DNA of 60,951 nt, the filler included, from Nitrospirae bacterium CG2_30_53_67 (GTDB lineage: Bacteria > CG2-30-53-67): assembly GCA_001873285.1 (NCBI GenBank). It is 7 parts of 7 records of this genome, joined end to end, with 100 filler letters (N's around TTAATTAATTAA, not from the genome) between each part and the next. Parts side by side here need not be neighbours in the genome. Positions count along the whole stretch, not along the records: positions 29,173 to 36,311 come from MNYV01000005.1; positions 36,412 to 46,769 come from MNYV01000174.1; 5 more parts are not named here. One strand, given 5' to 3'. Below the pieces are notes generated by a model. It was not told the DNA's origin. It did not search any database and saw only the letters and a program-made list of their open reading frames with translations. How positions within the stretch are numbered: position 1 is the first letter of the stretch; each line of letters starts with the position of its first letter. This document shows positions 29,173 through 39,854 of this stretch, one piece after another. Position numbers and translations under genes: made by a program.

Positions 29173-30825
29173 GAGACCGGCGGGGTGGTCCACTACAAAG
29201 GCCCTCGCTATTTTCTTGCCAACGGGCATGTCATGGGATCAGACGGGGTGACGCAGTACGCCACGGGCAAGAAAGGGATGCAGGGGAATGAAGGGACCTT
29301 CAAAGATGCCGAAGACGGGCAGCTCTCCGGGAATCCGATCGCCCAGGGCTCCGTGGATTCGGTCATTTCCTTGAGCCTTCCGCTAAAGGAACTGGGGACT
29401 GGAAAGGGATATTATTGGATCACTGCTGGCAAGACCTTGAATGACGTTCGGCGTTTGAATGCACTGGTCAAAGGAAAAGGCGCCGAGGTCCTGATTCGGC
29501 GGACCGCGGACTATTGGAGAATCTGGCTGCGCAAGGAGACGCCTCCCATGGAGCAGTTCCCGGACAAGGTGCGGGAACTTTACCAGCGCAGCCTCCTGGT
29601 CATGGCGACACAGATCGACTCCGAGGGGGGGATCCTCGCGGCCAATGACTCGGACATCACCCAATTCGGGCGGGACACCTACTCCTATATATGGCCGCGG
29701 GACGGGGCGCTTATCGCCAACACCCTGGATCTCGCCGGCTATCCTGTGCCGGCACAGAGTTTTTACGAATTTATCGTCCGGGTCATCGGGCATGGGGGAT
29801 TTCTTCTGCATAAATACAATCCCGACGGCACTCCGGCCTCATCTTGGCATCCCTGGATCGTCAACGGGCAGCGCCAGCTCCCCATTCAGGAAGATGAGAC
29901 GGCCCTGGTCATCTGGGCTCTCTGGCACCATTTTGTTCTCTACCGGGATATTGAGTTCATCAAGCCTCTGTACAAACCCCTGATCAAAAACGCGGCGGAT
30001 TTCATGTCTCAGTACAGAGATGAGAAAACGGGCTTGCCCGCACCCTCCTATGATCTATGGGAGGAACGGCGCGGGATATTGAGTTTCACCACCGGCGCTG
30101 TTTTCGGAGGTCTGACTGCGGCCTCGCTCTTTTGCACGGTCTTCGGTGAGACAGAGAAGGCCGAGAAATACCGGAAGGCCGCTGCAGAGATCCGGGATGC
30201 GGCGTCCATGTACCTCTGGCGAAGCGACTTGAACCGCTTCTGCCGGATGGTCTACCGGAACGGCAACGGCGATCTCGAAGTGGATGGAACGCTGGACGCG
30301 AGCCTCTGGGGCCTCTTCGCCTTTGGACTCTATTCGGCCCGGGATTCCAGGATCACCTCCACGATGACGGCGTTGAGGGAAAAGCTGTGGGTGAAGACGG
30401 ATGTCGGAGGCATGGCACGCTATGAGGGAGATGATTACCACCGCGTGAGCAAGGATCTGCCGGGCAACCCGTGGTTTATCTGCACGCTTTGGTTTGCGGA
30501 TTACCTGACAGAGACGGCCCAAAATGAAGACGAGATGAAGGCCGCTATCGAGATCATCAACTGGGTCTCCGAACATGCCCTCCCTTCCGGTGTGCTGGCG
30601 GAACAGGTCCACCCCTATACAGGCAAACCCGTTTCAGTTTCACCGCTCACCTGGAGCCATGCCACCTTTGTCACTTCGATTCAGCGCGTGATGCGGCATC
30701 TGGCAAGGATGAAATCCTGTCCGGAATGCGGCATGCCGATGATGAGCTTCCTTCGAAGGGAAGACTGGCTGGAGAAATTATATGCCGAAGCGTGCGATTC
30801 GATCCACGGGATTTGTGAAGTGTAG
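29173..30825 (+). CDS. Glycoside hydrolase family 15 (glucoamylase-like), 5' truncated
   Basis: YSYIWPRDG, QEDETAL, DLWEE, LAEQV, SPLTWSHA. Confidence 0.9.
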   Translation, partial: ETGGVVHYKGPRYFLANGHVMGSDGVTQYATGKKGMQGNEGTFKDAEDGQLSGNPIAQGSVDSVISLSLPLKELGTGKGYYWITAGKTLNDVRRLNALVKGKGAEVLIRRTADYWRIWLRKETPPMEQFPDKVRELYQRSLLVMATQIDSEGGILAANDSDITQFGRDTYSYIWPRDGALIANTLDLAGYPVPAQSFYEFIVRVIGHGGFLLHKYNPDGTPASSWHPWIVNGQRQLPIQEDETALVIWALWHHFVLYRDIEFIKPLYKPLIKNAADFMSQYRDEKTGLPAPSYDLWEERRGILSFTTGAVFGGLTAASLFCTVFGETEKAEKYRKAAAEIRDAASMYLWRSDLNRFCRMVYRNGNGDLEVDGTLDASLWGLFAFGLYSARDSRITSTMTALREKLWVKTDVGGMARYEGDDYHRVSKDLPGNPWFICTLWFADYLTETAQNEDEMKAAIEIINWVSEHALPSGVLAEQVHPYTGKPVSVSPLTWSHATFVTSIQRVMRHLARMKSCPECGMPMMSFLRREDWLEKLYAEACDSIHGICEV

Positions 30826-30872
30826 CCATAGGCAGTCTGACAGAGGCGCTTGAATTATTAAGGAGGAAGGTT

Positions 30873-31088
30873 ATGAGCAACAGTGTCTACAAGGTGGTCG
30901 AACTGGTCGGCACAAGCGACGTGTCCTGGGAAGATGCCGCGAAGAATGTCGTAGAGGTAGCGGGCAAAAGCCTCAAGAATCTGAGGATCGCTGAAATCGG
31001 AAAGCTGGACATGAAGGTCGAGGACGGCAAGGTAGTCGCCTATCGGGCCAGGGTGAGCCTCTCCTTCAAATATGAGACGGGCAAATAG
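30873..31088 (+). CDS. Dodecin family flavin-binding protein
   Basis: VYKVVELVGTS..SWEDAA..YRARVSLSFK; strong RBS. Confidence 0.9.
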   Translation: MSNSVYKVVELVGTSDVSWEDAAKNVVEVAGKSLKNLRIAEIGKLDMKVEDGKVVAYRARVSLSFKYETGK

Positions 31089-31444
31089 CGGATCGCTTGC
31101 CGCTCAAAGGTGGAATCAGGCCGAGCGCGAACGGACCCGGCAGGTCCCGAAACAGCGATAGACGCGCCTAAAATAAACAGGACAGACGTTTCCCATCTGA
31201 CTTCGGGTGAATAGTGATCAGTGAAACACTTGCACTTCATGGGATGATGATGTCTCTGTATAGTCCTATCTTGAGAAGAGTGGGAGGTTGACTTCATATG
31301 AAGCGACGGATCGCGGCTATGTTTCTTGAGATGGTTCTATGCCCGTCACTGACGCCAGCAGATGAGACAACCACAGTTTCCGAGGCGCTTTTTCAAAAAC
31401 TACGAGCCGGCGGCATCGAGGGCGCACGCACAGGATATCTTCGG

Positions 31445-34400
31445 TCACTGGATACGGTCTTCGAATTGTTTTTTCTTCATCACCATGTAATAGAGGAGCG
31501 GGATCACGATCAGGGTCAGCGCGGTGGAGACGAAGATCCCGAAGATGAGCGAGATGGCGAGCCCCTGGAAGATGGGATCCAGCAGGATGACGAGGGCGCC
31601 GACGATCAGGGCCGCGGCCGTAAGCACGATAGGCCGGAAGCGGACGGCCCCGGCTTCGAGCACGGCTTCGGTCAGTGTCCCGCCCTCTTTTTCCCGCATC
31701 CGGATAAAGTCCACAAGGAGGATCGAGTTTCTGACGATGATCCCGGCCAGGGCGATGAATCCGATCATGGAGGTGGCTGTGAAGAAGGACCCCGTGACCC
31801 AGTGGCCCGGGAGGATGCCGATCAGCGTGAGGGGGATGGGCGCCATGATGATGACCGGGATGAGAAAGGACCGGAACCATCCCACGATCAGGACGTAAAT
31901 CAGCACCAGCACGGCGGCAAAGGCAATCCCCATGTCCCGGAAGACCTCATAAGTGATCTGCCATTCCCCGTCCCATTTCATGGCGTACCGGGTTTCACTT
32001 CCGGGTTCTTTGGCATAGTGCTGTCTGATCTCGTACCCCTCCGGGATCTTGATGGCTGAGATCTTCTCTCTCATATTGAGGATCCCGTAGATCGGGCTCT
32101 CCGCAGTTCCGGCCATGTCTCCGATGACATAGACGACCCGTTTCTGGTTTTTGTGGAAGATGGTCCTGTCCGAGACGGTCTCTTTCACGTGGACCAGTTC
32201 AGAGAGAGGAATAAGGGTCCCCTCCATATTTTGGATCTTGATGGCGCTCAGGTCTTCCACGCTGGAGCGGGCCTCTCTTGCGAGGCGCATCCGGATGGGG
32301 ACCGGCTCCCGTTCAGAAGGAATATGCAGAAGCCCCGCATCCATACCGGCGAGGCTGAGCCGGAGGGTCTTTGTGATCTCCTCAGGGGATACCCCAAGGA
32401 GGGATGCCTTCTCCCGGTCGATGACGAACCTCTCCATGGGCTGAAGATCCTCTTCATACCAGTCCACGTCGACGACGTCCTCGGTATTGTCAAAGATGTC
32501 CCGGATCTGTCCGGCGATCCGTCTCTGGCCTTCAAGGTCCGGGCCGTAGACCTCGGCCACCAGGGTGGAGAGCACGGGCGGTCCGGGCGGAACCTCAGCG
32601 ATCTTGACCCTCGCATTGTGCGCCCAGGCGATCTTCCGGATCGCAGGCCGGACGCGACTTGCGATCTCGTGCGACTGGGCCTTTCGTGCATGCTTCTCCA
32701 CGAGGTTGACCTGGATGTCGGCGACGTTGGGGCCCCGGCGGAGGAAATAGTGCCGGACCAGCCCGTTGAAGTTGATGGGGGCATGGGTCCCGGAATAGAT
32801 CTGGTAGTCGGTCACCTCGGGTACGGCGGCGAGGTAGTCGCCGATCTCCATGCAGAGGTTGGATGTGGCCTCGAGCGTGGTTCCTTCGGGCATGTCAACG
32901 ATGACCTGGAACTCGCTCTTGTTGTCGAAGGGGAGCATCTTCACCCGAACGAAACGGGCATAGACCAGAAACATGGAGAGGAAGAGCATCAGGGTGACGA
33001 GCCCGATAAAGGACCATCGTTTCCCACGGCTCATGATCAGGGGGCACAGGGCGGCATGGTAGAGCTTATACAGCCGCGTCTCTTTGAGTGCCGGCGCTTT
33101 CTCTTCCCCGTGCGTTTTCTTCCCCGTCATGTGGTAGGTGAGCCAGGGGGTGACCACAAAGGCGATAAGCAGGGAGATGAGCATGGCCACCGAGGCATTG
33201 ACGGGGATCGGCTCCATATAGGGCCCCATGAGCCCTGAGATGAAGACCATGGGGAGAAGCGCCGCGATGACCGTGAGGGTCGCGAGGATCGTGGGGTTCC
33301 CCACTTCATCGGTCGCGGTAATGGAGGCCGTGAAGCAGTCTTCCTTCTTGAGTTTGTAGTGGCGATGGATGTTCTCGACCACGACGATGGCGTCATCCAC
33401 CAGGATGCCGATGGCGAAGATCAGGGCGAAGAGGGTCACCCGGTTCAGGGTGTAACCGAAGAGCATGCTGAAGAAGAGGGTCAAGGCCAGCGTGACCGGA
33501 ACCGCCACGGCCACGACTACGGCTTCATAAAAACCCAGGGCGATCCCGATGAGGATGGTGACCGATACCGTGGCCAGGAAAAGGTGTTTGATCAGTTCGT
33601 TGGATTTCTCTTCGGCTGTGGCGCCGTAGTCTCGGGTCAGGGTGATATGGACATCCGACGGGATGATCCTTCCCTTGAGGGCCTCCACCTTCTCTTCGAT
33701 GGAACGGGCGATCCGGACGGCATTGGCCCCTTTCTTTTTGGCCACATCCAGGGTGACGGCCGCGAATCTCTTTCCAATCTGATTTTCCGGGATCCCCTTC
33801 TCATGCCCCTTCGGCCCTGCTCCGAAGAGGACATAGTCCTCAGGCTCATCCGGTCCGTCCGAAATCTCGGCCACGTCTTTTAAATAGACAGGACGGCGGT
33901 TCTGCACGCCGACCACGACGTCCTTGAGGTCTTCAGTATCCTTGAGGTCATTCCCGATCTCCACGAGGATGGAGCGGTCCTTTCGGCTGAATTCTCCGGA
34001 CTGAAGATTCCAGTTCACGGCCTCGATGGAATGGGCGGCCCCGAGGGCTGAAATGCCGTAGGAGGCGAGACGTTCCTGGGAGAGTTCAACCCTGGCCGCT
34101 CTTTTCCTGCCGCCGAGGATTTCCACATCGGAGATGTTGTCGAGCTTCTTGATCTCGGTTCCGACCTCTTCGGCGATTCTGCGCAGGGTGTATTCATCGT
34201 AGTTACCTCCCCAGAGGGTCATGGCGAGGATCGGCACATCGTCTATGGATTTAGGCTTGACCAGGAAAGGGGACGCTCCCGGCGGGCTCATGTCCATGTT
34301 GGACATGAGCTTGTCATACAGATTGACCAGGGAGTTCTCCACGTCCTCTCCCACGTAGAAGCGGACCGTGATGATGGAGAGGCCGGGCCGGGACATGGAG

Positions 34401-34660
34401 TAGACATATTCCACGCCGGGGATCTCCCAGATCTTCCGTTCCATGGGGGAGGTGATTCTGGATTCCACCTCTTCCGGGGAGGCGCCGGAGAACTGTACGA
34501 AGACGTCCATCATGGGGACGATGATCTGCGGCTCCTCTTCTCGTGGCGTGATCATCACGGCCATGGCCCCGAAAAGGAGGGCGGCGAGGATGATCAAGGG
34601 AGTCAGCTTGGAGTTGATAAAGGCGGAGGCCGTACGGCCCGCGATCCCGATCTGTTTCAT
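31445..34660 (-). CDS. RND efflux permease subunit (AcrB/CusA family)
   Basis: 1071 aa; PREEEPQI, GILVDDAIVVVEN, RFRPIVLT. Confidence 0.95.
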   Translation of the reverse strand: MKQIGIAGRTASAFINSKLTPLIILAALLFGAMAVMITPREEEPQIIVPMMDVFVQFSGASPEEVESRITSPMERKIWEIPGVEYVYSMSRPGLSIITVRFYVGEDVENSLVNLYDKLMSNMDMSPPGASPFLVKPKSIDDVPILAMTLWGGNYDEYTLRRIAEEVGTEIKKLDNISDVEILGGRKRAARVELSQERLASYGISALGAAHSIEAVNWNLQSGEFSRKDRSILVEIGNDLKDTEDLKDVVVGVQNRRPVYLKDVAEISDGPDEPEDYVLFGAGPKGHEKGIPENQIGKRFAAVTLDVAKKKGANAVRIARSIEEKVEALKGRIIPSDVHITLTRDYGATAEEKSNELIKHLFLATVSVTILIGIALGFYEAVVVAVAVPVTLALTLFFSMLFGYTLNRVTLFALIFAIGILVDDAIVVVENIHRHYKLKKEDCFTASITATDEVGNPTILATLTVIAALLPMVFISGLMGPYMEPIPVNASVAMLISLLIAFVVTPWLTYHMTGKKTHGEEKAPALKETRLYKLYHAALCPLIMSRGKRWSFIGLVTLMLFLSMFLVYARFVRVKMLPFDNKSEFQVIVDMPEGTTLEATSNLCMEIGDYLAAVPEVTDYQIYSGTHAPINFNGLVRHYFLRRGPNVADIQVNLVEKHARKAQSHEIASRVRPAIRKIAWAHNARVKIAEVPPGPPVLSTLVAEVYGPDLEGQRRIAGQIRDIFDNTEDVVDVDWYEEDLQPMERFVIDREKASLLGVSPEEITKTLRLSLAGMDAGLLHIPSEREPVPIRMRLAREARSSVEDLSAIKIQNMEGTLIPLSELVHVKETVSDRTIFHKNQKRVVYVIGDMAGTAESPIYGILNMREKISAIKIPEGYEIRQHYAKEPGSETRYAMKWDGEWQITYEVFRDMGIAFAAVLVLIYVLIVGWFRSFLIPVIIMAPIPLTLIGILPGHWVTGSFFTATSMIGFIALAGIIVRNSILLVDFIRMREKEGGTLTEAVLEAGAVRFRPIVLTAAALIVGALVILLDPIFQGLAISLIFGIFVSTALTLIVIPLLYYMVMKKKQFEDRIQ

Positions 34661-35730
34661 TCGGAGATCTCCATGCCGTCTTCGATCTGATTCAGCTTGG
34701 AAACAGCGATTCGTTCTCCGTCCTTGAGTCCGGAGATGACTTCCACATGGCGGCCCATGGACTTTCCGGTCTGCACCAGGCGCAGATGAAGGACCCTGTC
34801 CTGATCCACCGCATAGACCGCGGTGAGCTGCCCGAGATGAATCACGGCATGCTGCGGGACCAGGGTCGCGCTGCGTTTCCCTATAATGAACATGGCCTTC
34901 CCATACATTCCGGAGATCACGCCTTTTGTTTCTCCCAGGCGGATCTTGACCTTTGCGGAGTGGGAACCCGGATCTGCGGATGCCTCCATCTCTGCGATCT
35001 GTCCCTTGACCTGTGCGTCCCCCATGGCATCGATCCGGACAAAGACGCTTTCCCCGATCTTGCGCTCGGGGAGAATGGATTCTGGAACGAAGGTCTCAAA
35101 CTGCAAACCCCGGGTATCCTCGATCTCCATGAGAGGTCTTCCTGGCGCGGCCTGCTCCCCCACCTCGGCCATCTTGCGGGCAACCACGCCGCTGACCGGA
35201 GAGGTGATCTTGGCATATTGCTTCATGGCCCGGGCCTCGGTGACCGATCCTTCCGCCTGCCGGACCATCCCTTTTGTGCTGTCCCGCTGCATGGTGGCGG
35301 CGTCGAGTTGGGCCCGGCTGGAGGCGCCTTTGGGAAAGAGTCCGGAGATGCGGTTGTAATGGGCCTCTGCATTCAGGAGGGAGGCTTTCGCGGATTCGAG
35401 AGCGCCTTCGGCCTGCCTGATTCTGGCCTCGATATCCTGCGACTCGATTTCAATCAGGACCTGTCCCTGTTCCACCCGATCCCCTTCCTTGACCGGGATC
35501 GTCTTGATATTGCCCATGACCTTACTGGAAAGGGTGGAACTCGTGAGGGCCCGGACCGTGCCGGCAGCGCTCAAGGTGACGTCGATCTCACGGCTGATGA
35601 CCTCTTCGGTTTCGACCCCCTGGATCTTTTTATCTGCTTTTGTACGGGAGGATTCTTCAGCCTTTCCGCAGCCGGTGAAAAAAAGCAAGATACACAGAGG
35701 GAAAATTAAAAGCAGCCTTGTTATCTTCAT
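34657..35730 (-). CDS. RND periplasmic adaptor lipoprotein
   Basis: Lipobox FTGC, VKEGDRV, SPVSGVV. Confidence 0.92.
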   Translation of the reverse strand: MKITRLLLIFPLCILLFFTGCGKAEESSRTKADKKIQGVETEEVISREIDVTLSAAGTVRALTSSTLSSKVMGNIKTIPVKEGDRVEQGQVLIEIESQDIEARIRQAEGALESAKASLLNAEAHYNRISGLFPKGASSRAQLDAATMQRDSTKGMVRQAEGSVTEARAMKQYAKITSPVSGVVARKMAEVGEQAAPGRPLMEIEDTRGLQFETFVPESILPERKIGESVFVRIDAMGDAQVKGQIAEMEASADPGSHSAKVKIRLGETKGVISGMYGKAMFIIGKRSATLVPQHAVIHLGQLTAVYAVDQDRVLHLRLVQTGKSMGRHVEVISGLKDGERIAVSKLNQIEDGMEISE

Positions 35731-35838
35731 GTTGACTTCCTTATATCTTTTTTTGTCAAGGGAACCCATTGGGTGAAATGGGTTGCCGATGTCCAGGCAG
35801 GACGGCAGCTATTGGCATGGTTCCGTTATATTTCCGGA

Positions 35839-36177
35839 TCACCCTTGCTCCTTTGCCGCACGGTCTTTCTCCGCATTCGCGTAGGTTCCAAGCGTCTTTT
35901 GCGCGAGCTCTCTCAGTTTTTTGGTCAGGCGGGGGCCCTTGTACCTCTTTTTCCCGGCCACATAGGGACACCCCTGGGGCAGGACCCCGAGTGCGGCGAT
36001 CTTCTTTGTGATCCGGAAGCAGTCCTTCTTCGCCTCCTTCCTGAACTCGTAGACCATGCACAGGCCCGTCCCCATATCCAGATACTCGCACGGCCTGTTC
36101 GTGTAGAGAATGGTCCCGTCTTTTTGGAGCGTCTTGTGGTAACAGCAGATGGTGCAGCGGGTGCAGAGATCCTTCAC
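35839..36177 (-). CDS. Small Cys-cluster protein (CxxCxxCC, YcgN-like)
   Basis: CTRCTICC..CEYLD..CMVYE..C..LPQGCPY; RBS GGAGG before GTG. Confidence 0.7.
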   Translation of the reverse strand: MKDLCTRCTICCYHKTLQKDGTILYTNRPCEYLDMGTGLCMVYEFRKEAKKDCFRITKKIAALGVLPQGCPYVAGKKRYKGPRLTKKLRELAQKTLGTYANAEKDRAAKEQG

Positions 36178-36311
36178 GGTACCTCCCTCTCCTATATACC
36201 ACATCTTGATGCAGGGAGCAACTCTCATGAAAAGGTGCGTTCAGCGGTTGACGGGGCTCGTCATGCGCCGACGATTCGATCTCGGCCTCGTGAGTTGTTG
36301 CTCAATGCGAT

Positions 36312-36411
36312 NNNNNNNNNNNNNNNNNNNNNNNNNNNNNNNNNNNNNNNNNNNNTTAATTAATTAANNNNNNNNNNNNNNNNNNNNNNNNNNNNNNNNN
36401 NNNNNNNNNNN
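36312..36411. other. Artificial contig linker
   Basis: N/TTAATTAATTAA/N spacer. Confidence 0.99.
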
Positions 36412-37719
36412 CTCATCGAGCGTCAGGGGGAGGTGCAGGAAAAGCTCGATGCGCTGAATGCCTGGGATCTGGACTCACGGCTGGAGATGGCCATGGATGC
36501 CCTGCGCTGTCCGGCGGGCGACACGCCGGTCAAGGTCCTCTCCGGCGGAGAGAAGCGCCGCGTGGCGCTCTGCCGGCTCCTCCTTCAGAATCCGGACATC
36601 CTGCTCCTTGACGAGCCGACCAACCATCTGGACGCCGAGTCCGTGGCCTGGCTGGAGCGCCATCTGAAGAGCTATGCCGGGACCATCATCGCCGTGACCC
36701 ATGACCGTTATTTTCTGGACAACGTGGCCGGGTGGATCCTGGAGCTGGACCGCGGCCAGGGGATTCCGTGGCACGGAAACTATTCCTCCTGGCTGGGGCA
36801 GAAACAGGAAAAGCTCAAGCGCGAGGAGAAGAGCGAAAGCGAACGGCAGAAGACCCTGCAGCGGGAACTGGAGTGGATCCGGATGTCGCCGAAAGGACGC
36901 CATGCCAAATCAAAGGCGCGCATCCATTCCTATGAATCCCTGCTGACCCAGGACAGCGAAAAACGGGCAAAGGACCTGGAGATCTATATCCCGCCGGGCC
37001 CTCGGCTGGGAAGGACGGTCATCGAGGCCGAAAACGTGAGCAAGACCTACGGCGACAGAATCCTGATGGAAGCCCTTTCTTTCTCACTTCCGCCCGGCGG
37101 TATCGTGGGGATCATCGGCCCGAACGGAGCCGGGAAGACCACCCTGTTCCGGATGATCACCGGCCAGGAAACGCCCGATACCGGCACGATCAGGATCGGG
37201 GAGACGGTCAAGCCGGCCTATGTGGACCAGAGCCGGGATGTTCTCGATCCGGAGAAGACCATCTGGGAGGTGATCTCCGAAGGCGAAGAGGTGATCCAGC
37301 TCGGGAAGAGGGAGGTCAACTCACGCGCCTATGTGGCGCGGTTTAATTTCTCCGGCGCCGACCAGCAGAAAAAGGTCGGCATACTCTCCGGAGGCGAGAG
37401 GAACCGGGTCCACCTGGCACGGATCCTGAAACAAGAGGCCAATGTGCTCCTTCTCGACGAGCCGACCAATGACCTGGATGTGAACACCATGCGCGCCCTG
37501 GAGGAGGCGCTGGAGAACTTTGCGGGATGCGCCGTGGTCATCAGCCACGACCGGTGGTTCCTGGACCGGATCGCCACCCATATCCTCGCCTTCGAGGGGG
37601 AGAGCCGCGTGGTCTGGTTCGACGGGAATTATTCAGAGTACGAGGCGGACAGAAGGGCCCGGCTCGGCGGCGCCGCGGACCAGCCGCACCGGATCAAATA
37701 CCGGCAGTTGACAAGATGA
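36412..37719 (+). CDS. ettA: Energy-dependent translational throttle protein (ABC-F), 5' truncated
   Basis: [29 protein letters not shown]-terminal PHRIKYRQL. Confidence 0.95.
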   Translation, partial: LIERQGEVQEKLDALNAWDLDSRLEMAMDALRCPAGDTPVKVLSGGEKRRVALCRLLLQNPDILLLDEPTNHLDAESVAWLERHLKSYAGTIIAVTHDRYFLDNVAGWILELDRGQGIPWHGNYSSWLGQKQEKLKREEKSESERQKTLQRELEWIRMSPKGRHAKSKARIHSYESLLTQDSEKRAKDLEIYIPPGPRLGRTVIEAENVSKTYGDRILMEALSFSLPPGGIVGIIGPNGAGKTTLFRMITGQETPDTGTIRIGETVKPAYVDQSRDVLDPEKTIWEVISEGEEVIQLGKREVNSRAYVARFNFSGADQQKKVGILSGGERNRVHLARILKQEANVLLLDEPTNDLDVNTMRALEEALENFAGCAVVISHDRWFLDRIATHILAFEGESRVVWFDGNYSEYEADRRARLGGAADQPHRIKYRQLTR

Positions 37720-37759
37720 CGGGTCGCCTGTGCCTTGGCTGATCCCGCAAAACCCCGGA

Positions 37760-38791
37760 TCATCCGTTATTGACGACGTCAATGAGACTTCGCAGCCGGC
37801 TGAAGTCTTTCCGGTTGAAATCAACAACCAGCCTCGGCAGATGGGCGATCTCAGGCTCATCGGCCTCTGCCGGAAGAGGCCCGGAGAGGGAGAGGCCGCC
37901 CCGGGGTGACAGGATATCGGAAAAGCGCCCCTTGAGTTCCATGACCCTCGACGGGTCAATGGCGGAACTCAGACGAATCACCAGTTTCTCTCCAACGAAC
38001 CTCATGCTGTGATAGCGTCGGTAGAAGTGATCAATCTTTGCCAGCGCATCATCCGCCGACTCCACCCGTTCGAAGAGATCAAAGTCCGTGCCGCTGATAT
38101 AACCGTGGGCCAGAAGCTCCTTCTTGAAGAATTTGAGCCACTGCGACCAGTAGGAGCCGCCCGGTTCATCCACCAGGATGAGCGGCATGGGATCCCGTTT
38201 CCCGGTCTGCAGGAGCGTGAGGGTCTCCATGGCCTCATCGAGCGTGCCGAACCCGCCAGGGAAAAGGACGATGGCATTCGCTTCCTTAATAAAGGCCACC
38301 TTCCGGTTGAAAAAATATTTATACATAATATAACGGGGGTTCCCCTGAAGGACATAGTTGGGCTTTTGTTCAAAAGGAAGGCGGATGTTGACCCCGAAGG
38401 AGTTTTCCGGTCCGGCGCCTTCGTTCACAGCCTGCATGATCCCCGGACCGCCGCCGGTGATCACCATGTAACCGGACTGAACCAATTTTTTTCCGAAAAG
38501 ACGGGCCATCTCGTATATGGGCTCATCAGACTTGGTCCTGGCCGAGCCGAAGACGGTTATTTTTTTCACGTGCCGGTAAGGGCTGAAGACCTTGACCGTA
38601 AAACGCATCTCCTTCAAGGTGCTGTTCATGAATTTCAGGTCGGCCTTGTTCACGTCCTCCTGCCCGGCCTTCAGTGCCGCCAGGATCATCTCCCGGACGA
38701 TTTCCGGGTGATAGATCCCCCCGATCCGTTTGATCAACTGGTCGATGGCCTCGTCTGCAGGACCGTTGGTTCTGGTAAAGTGCAGTTCCAT
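37760..38791 (-). CDS. LOG family (TIGR00730-like) nucleotide monophosphate nucleosidase
   Basis: FGSART, TGGGPGIM, PGGFGTLDE. Confidence 0.9.
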   Translation of the reverse strand: MELHFTRTNGPADEAIDQLIKRIGGIYHPEIVREMILAALKAGQEDVNKADLKFMNSTLKEMRFTVKVFSPYRHVKKITVFGSARTKSDEPIYEMARLFGKKLVQSGYMVITGGGPGIMQAVNEGAGPENSFGVNIRLPFEQKPNYVLQGNPRYIMYKYFFNRKVAFIKEANAIVLFPGGFGTLDEAMETLTLLQTGKRDPMPLILVDEPGGSYWSQWLKFFKKELLAHGYISGTDFDLFERVESADDALAKIDHFYRRYHSMRFVGEKLVIRLSSAIDPSRVMELKGRFSDILSPRGGLSLSGPLPAEADEPEIAHLPRLVVDFNRKDFSRLRSLIDVVNNG

Positions 38792-38945
38792 GTAATGATA
38801 TCCCTCCTATATCTTATCCCGGACGTCCTTGCGTCTCAGGGTTAAAGATCGTTTAGAGTTTATTTGAATTCTAATCAATTTACCATGGAATAAGCAAGCT
38901 TAAAACATATTGCATCTTTTCCGTTTTTCTTGTATCTTAACCGGC

Positions 38946-39287
38946 ATGAGTATAAGAAAGAGCCTTTACAGCGTCCGCAAGAAACTGCGGCCCGTAAAAA
39001 AAGAAAGCGGGAAATCCGTTGACGAGATCGTCCGGGAACTGAAAAAAATGCGCCCTGAAAGTGAAGGCTACAGAGAGCGTTCGCTTAAGATTCACGGGCT
39101 CATCTGCGCCAAATGCGCAAGGGAGTTTGAATACAAAGACAGACATCTCCTGACCGTACACCATAAGGATGGAAATCACATGAACAACCCGTCTGACGGG
39201 TCCAACTGGGAGAACCTGTGCATTTACTGCCATGATGATGAGCACAGCCGGGGACGTCTGGGGAGCTATCTGAGCGATCAGGAATAG
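38946..39287 (+). CDS. YajD-family HNH protein
   Basis: YRERSLK, CAKCAREF, LTVHHKDGNH.NNPSDGSNWENLCIYCHDDEH. Confidence 0.88.
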   Translation: MSIRKSLYSVRKKLRPVKKESGKSVDEIVRELKKMRPESEGYRERSLKIHGLICAKCAREFEYKDRHLLTVHHKDGNHMNNPSDGSNWENLCIYCHDDEHSRGRLGSYLSDQE

Positions 39288-39314
39288 ATCAAGAGATCTT
39301 TCAACCGTTAAGTA

Positions 39315-39503
39315 AGTGGTCCTGTTCGTAAATATGGTAACGTACCGAGAGGGTCGTAGGGCGGTCTCATCAAGGCGCGCGACTGAGGCGTACCCACTGT
39401 GGTACACCGCAAGGAGTGCAACGCCGAGGAGATCGCCCTACGGCACCTGTCTGCAATGGCACAGGCAGGCTCGAATGCGATCGTATTTACGAATAGGGCC
39501 ACT
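39315..39503. mobile_element. 189-bp MITE (same family as 55362-55526)
   Basis: TIRs AGTGGTCCTGTTCGTAAATA / TATTTACGAATAGGGCCACT; internal sequence homologous to the second copy. Confidence 0.88.
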
Positions 39504-39515
39504 AAGGAGGAAACC

Positions 39516-39854
39516 ATGATCAAGAATAGAAAGCCGGCTGTCTTTGCAATCCTCATCGTTTTGCTTTTGTCCATCACCGCCGCCGGGTGCCTCACGGTCG
39601 GCCATGAATTTCGTGTCGACGCCGTATCCAGGATCCGCATCGGCGAGACCACCCGCCTGCAAATCGGCGATATCTTCGGGCCGCCGTGGCGTACGGGCAT
39701 AGAAGACGGGAAAACAACATGGACCTACGCCCATTACCGTTACTCCATGCTCGGAGAATCCATGACCAGGGACCTGGTCATCCGCTTTGATGATCATGGT
39801 GTCGTGACCTCTTATACCTTCAACTCATCTTATCCGGAAGACCAGAGGCGGTAA
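39516..39854 (+). CDS. SmpA/BamE-like lipoprotein
   Basis: Lipobox AAGC, IRIGETT..FGPP, WTY; RBS AAGGAGG. Confidence 0.75.
   Translation: MIKNRKPAVFAILIVLLLSITAAGCLTVGHEFRVDAVSRIRIGETTRLQIGDIFGPPWRTGIEDGKTTWTYAHYRYSMLGESMTRDLVIRFDDHGVVTSYTFNSSYPEDQRR

Noticed and set aside
38946..39287. HNH protein as a homing endonuclease or the mobiliser of the adjacent MITE
   Set aside because: The motifs match the conserved YajD family, which is not a transposase; adjacency is probably incidental.
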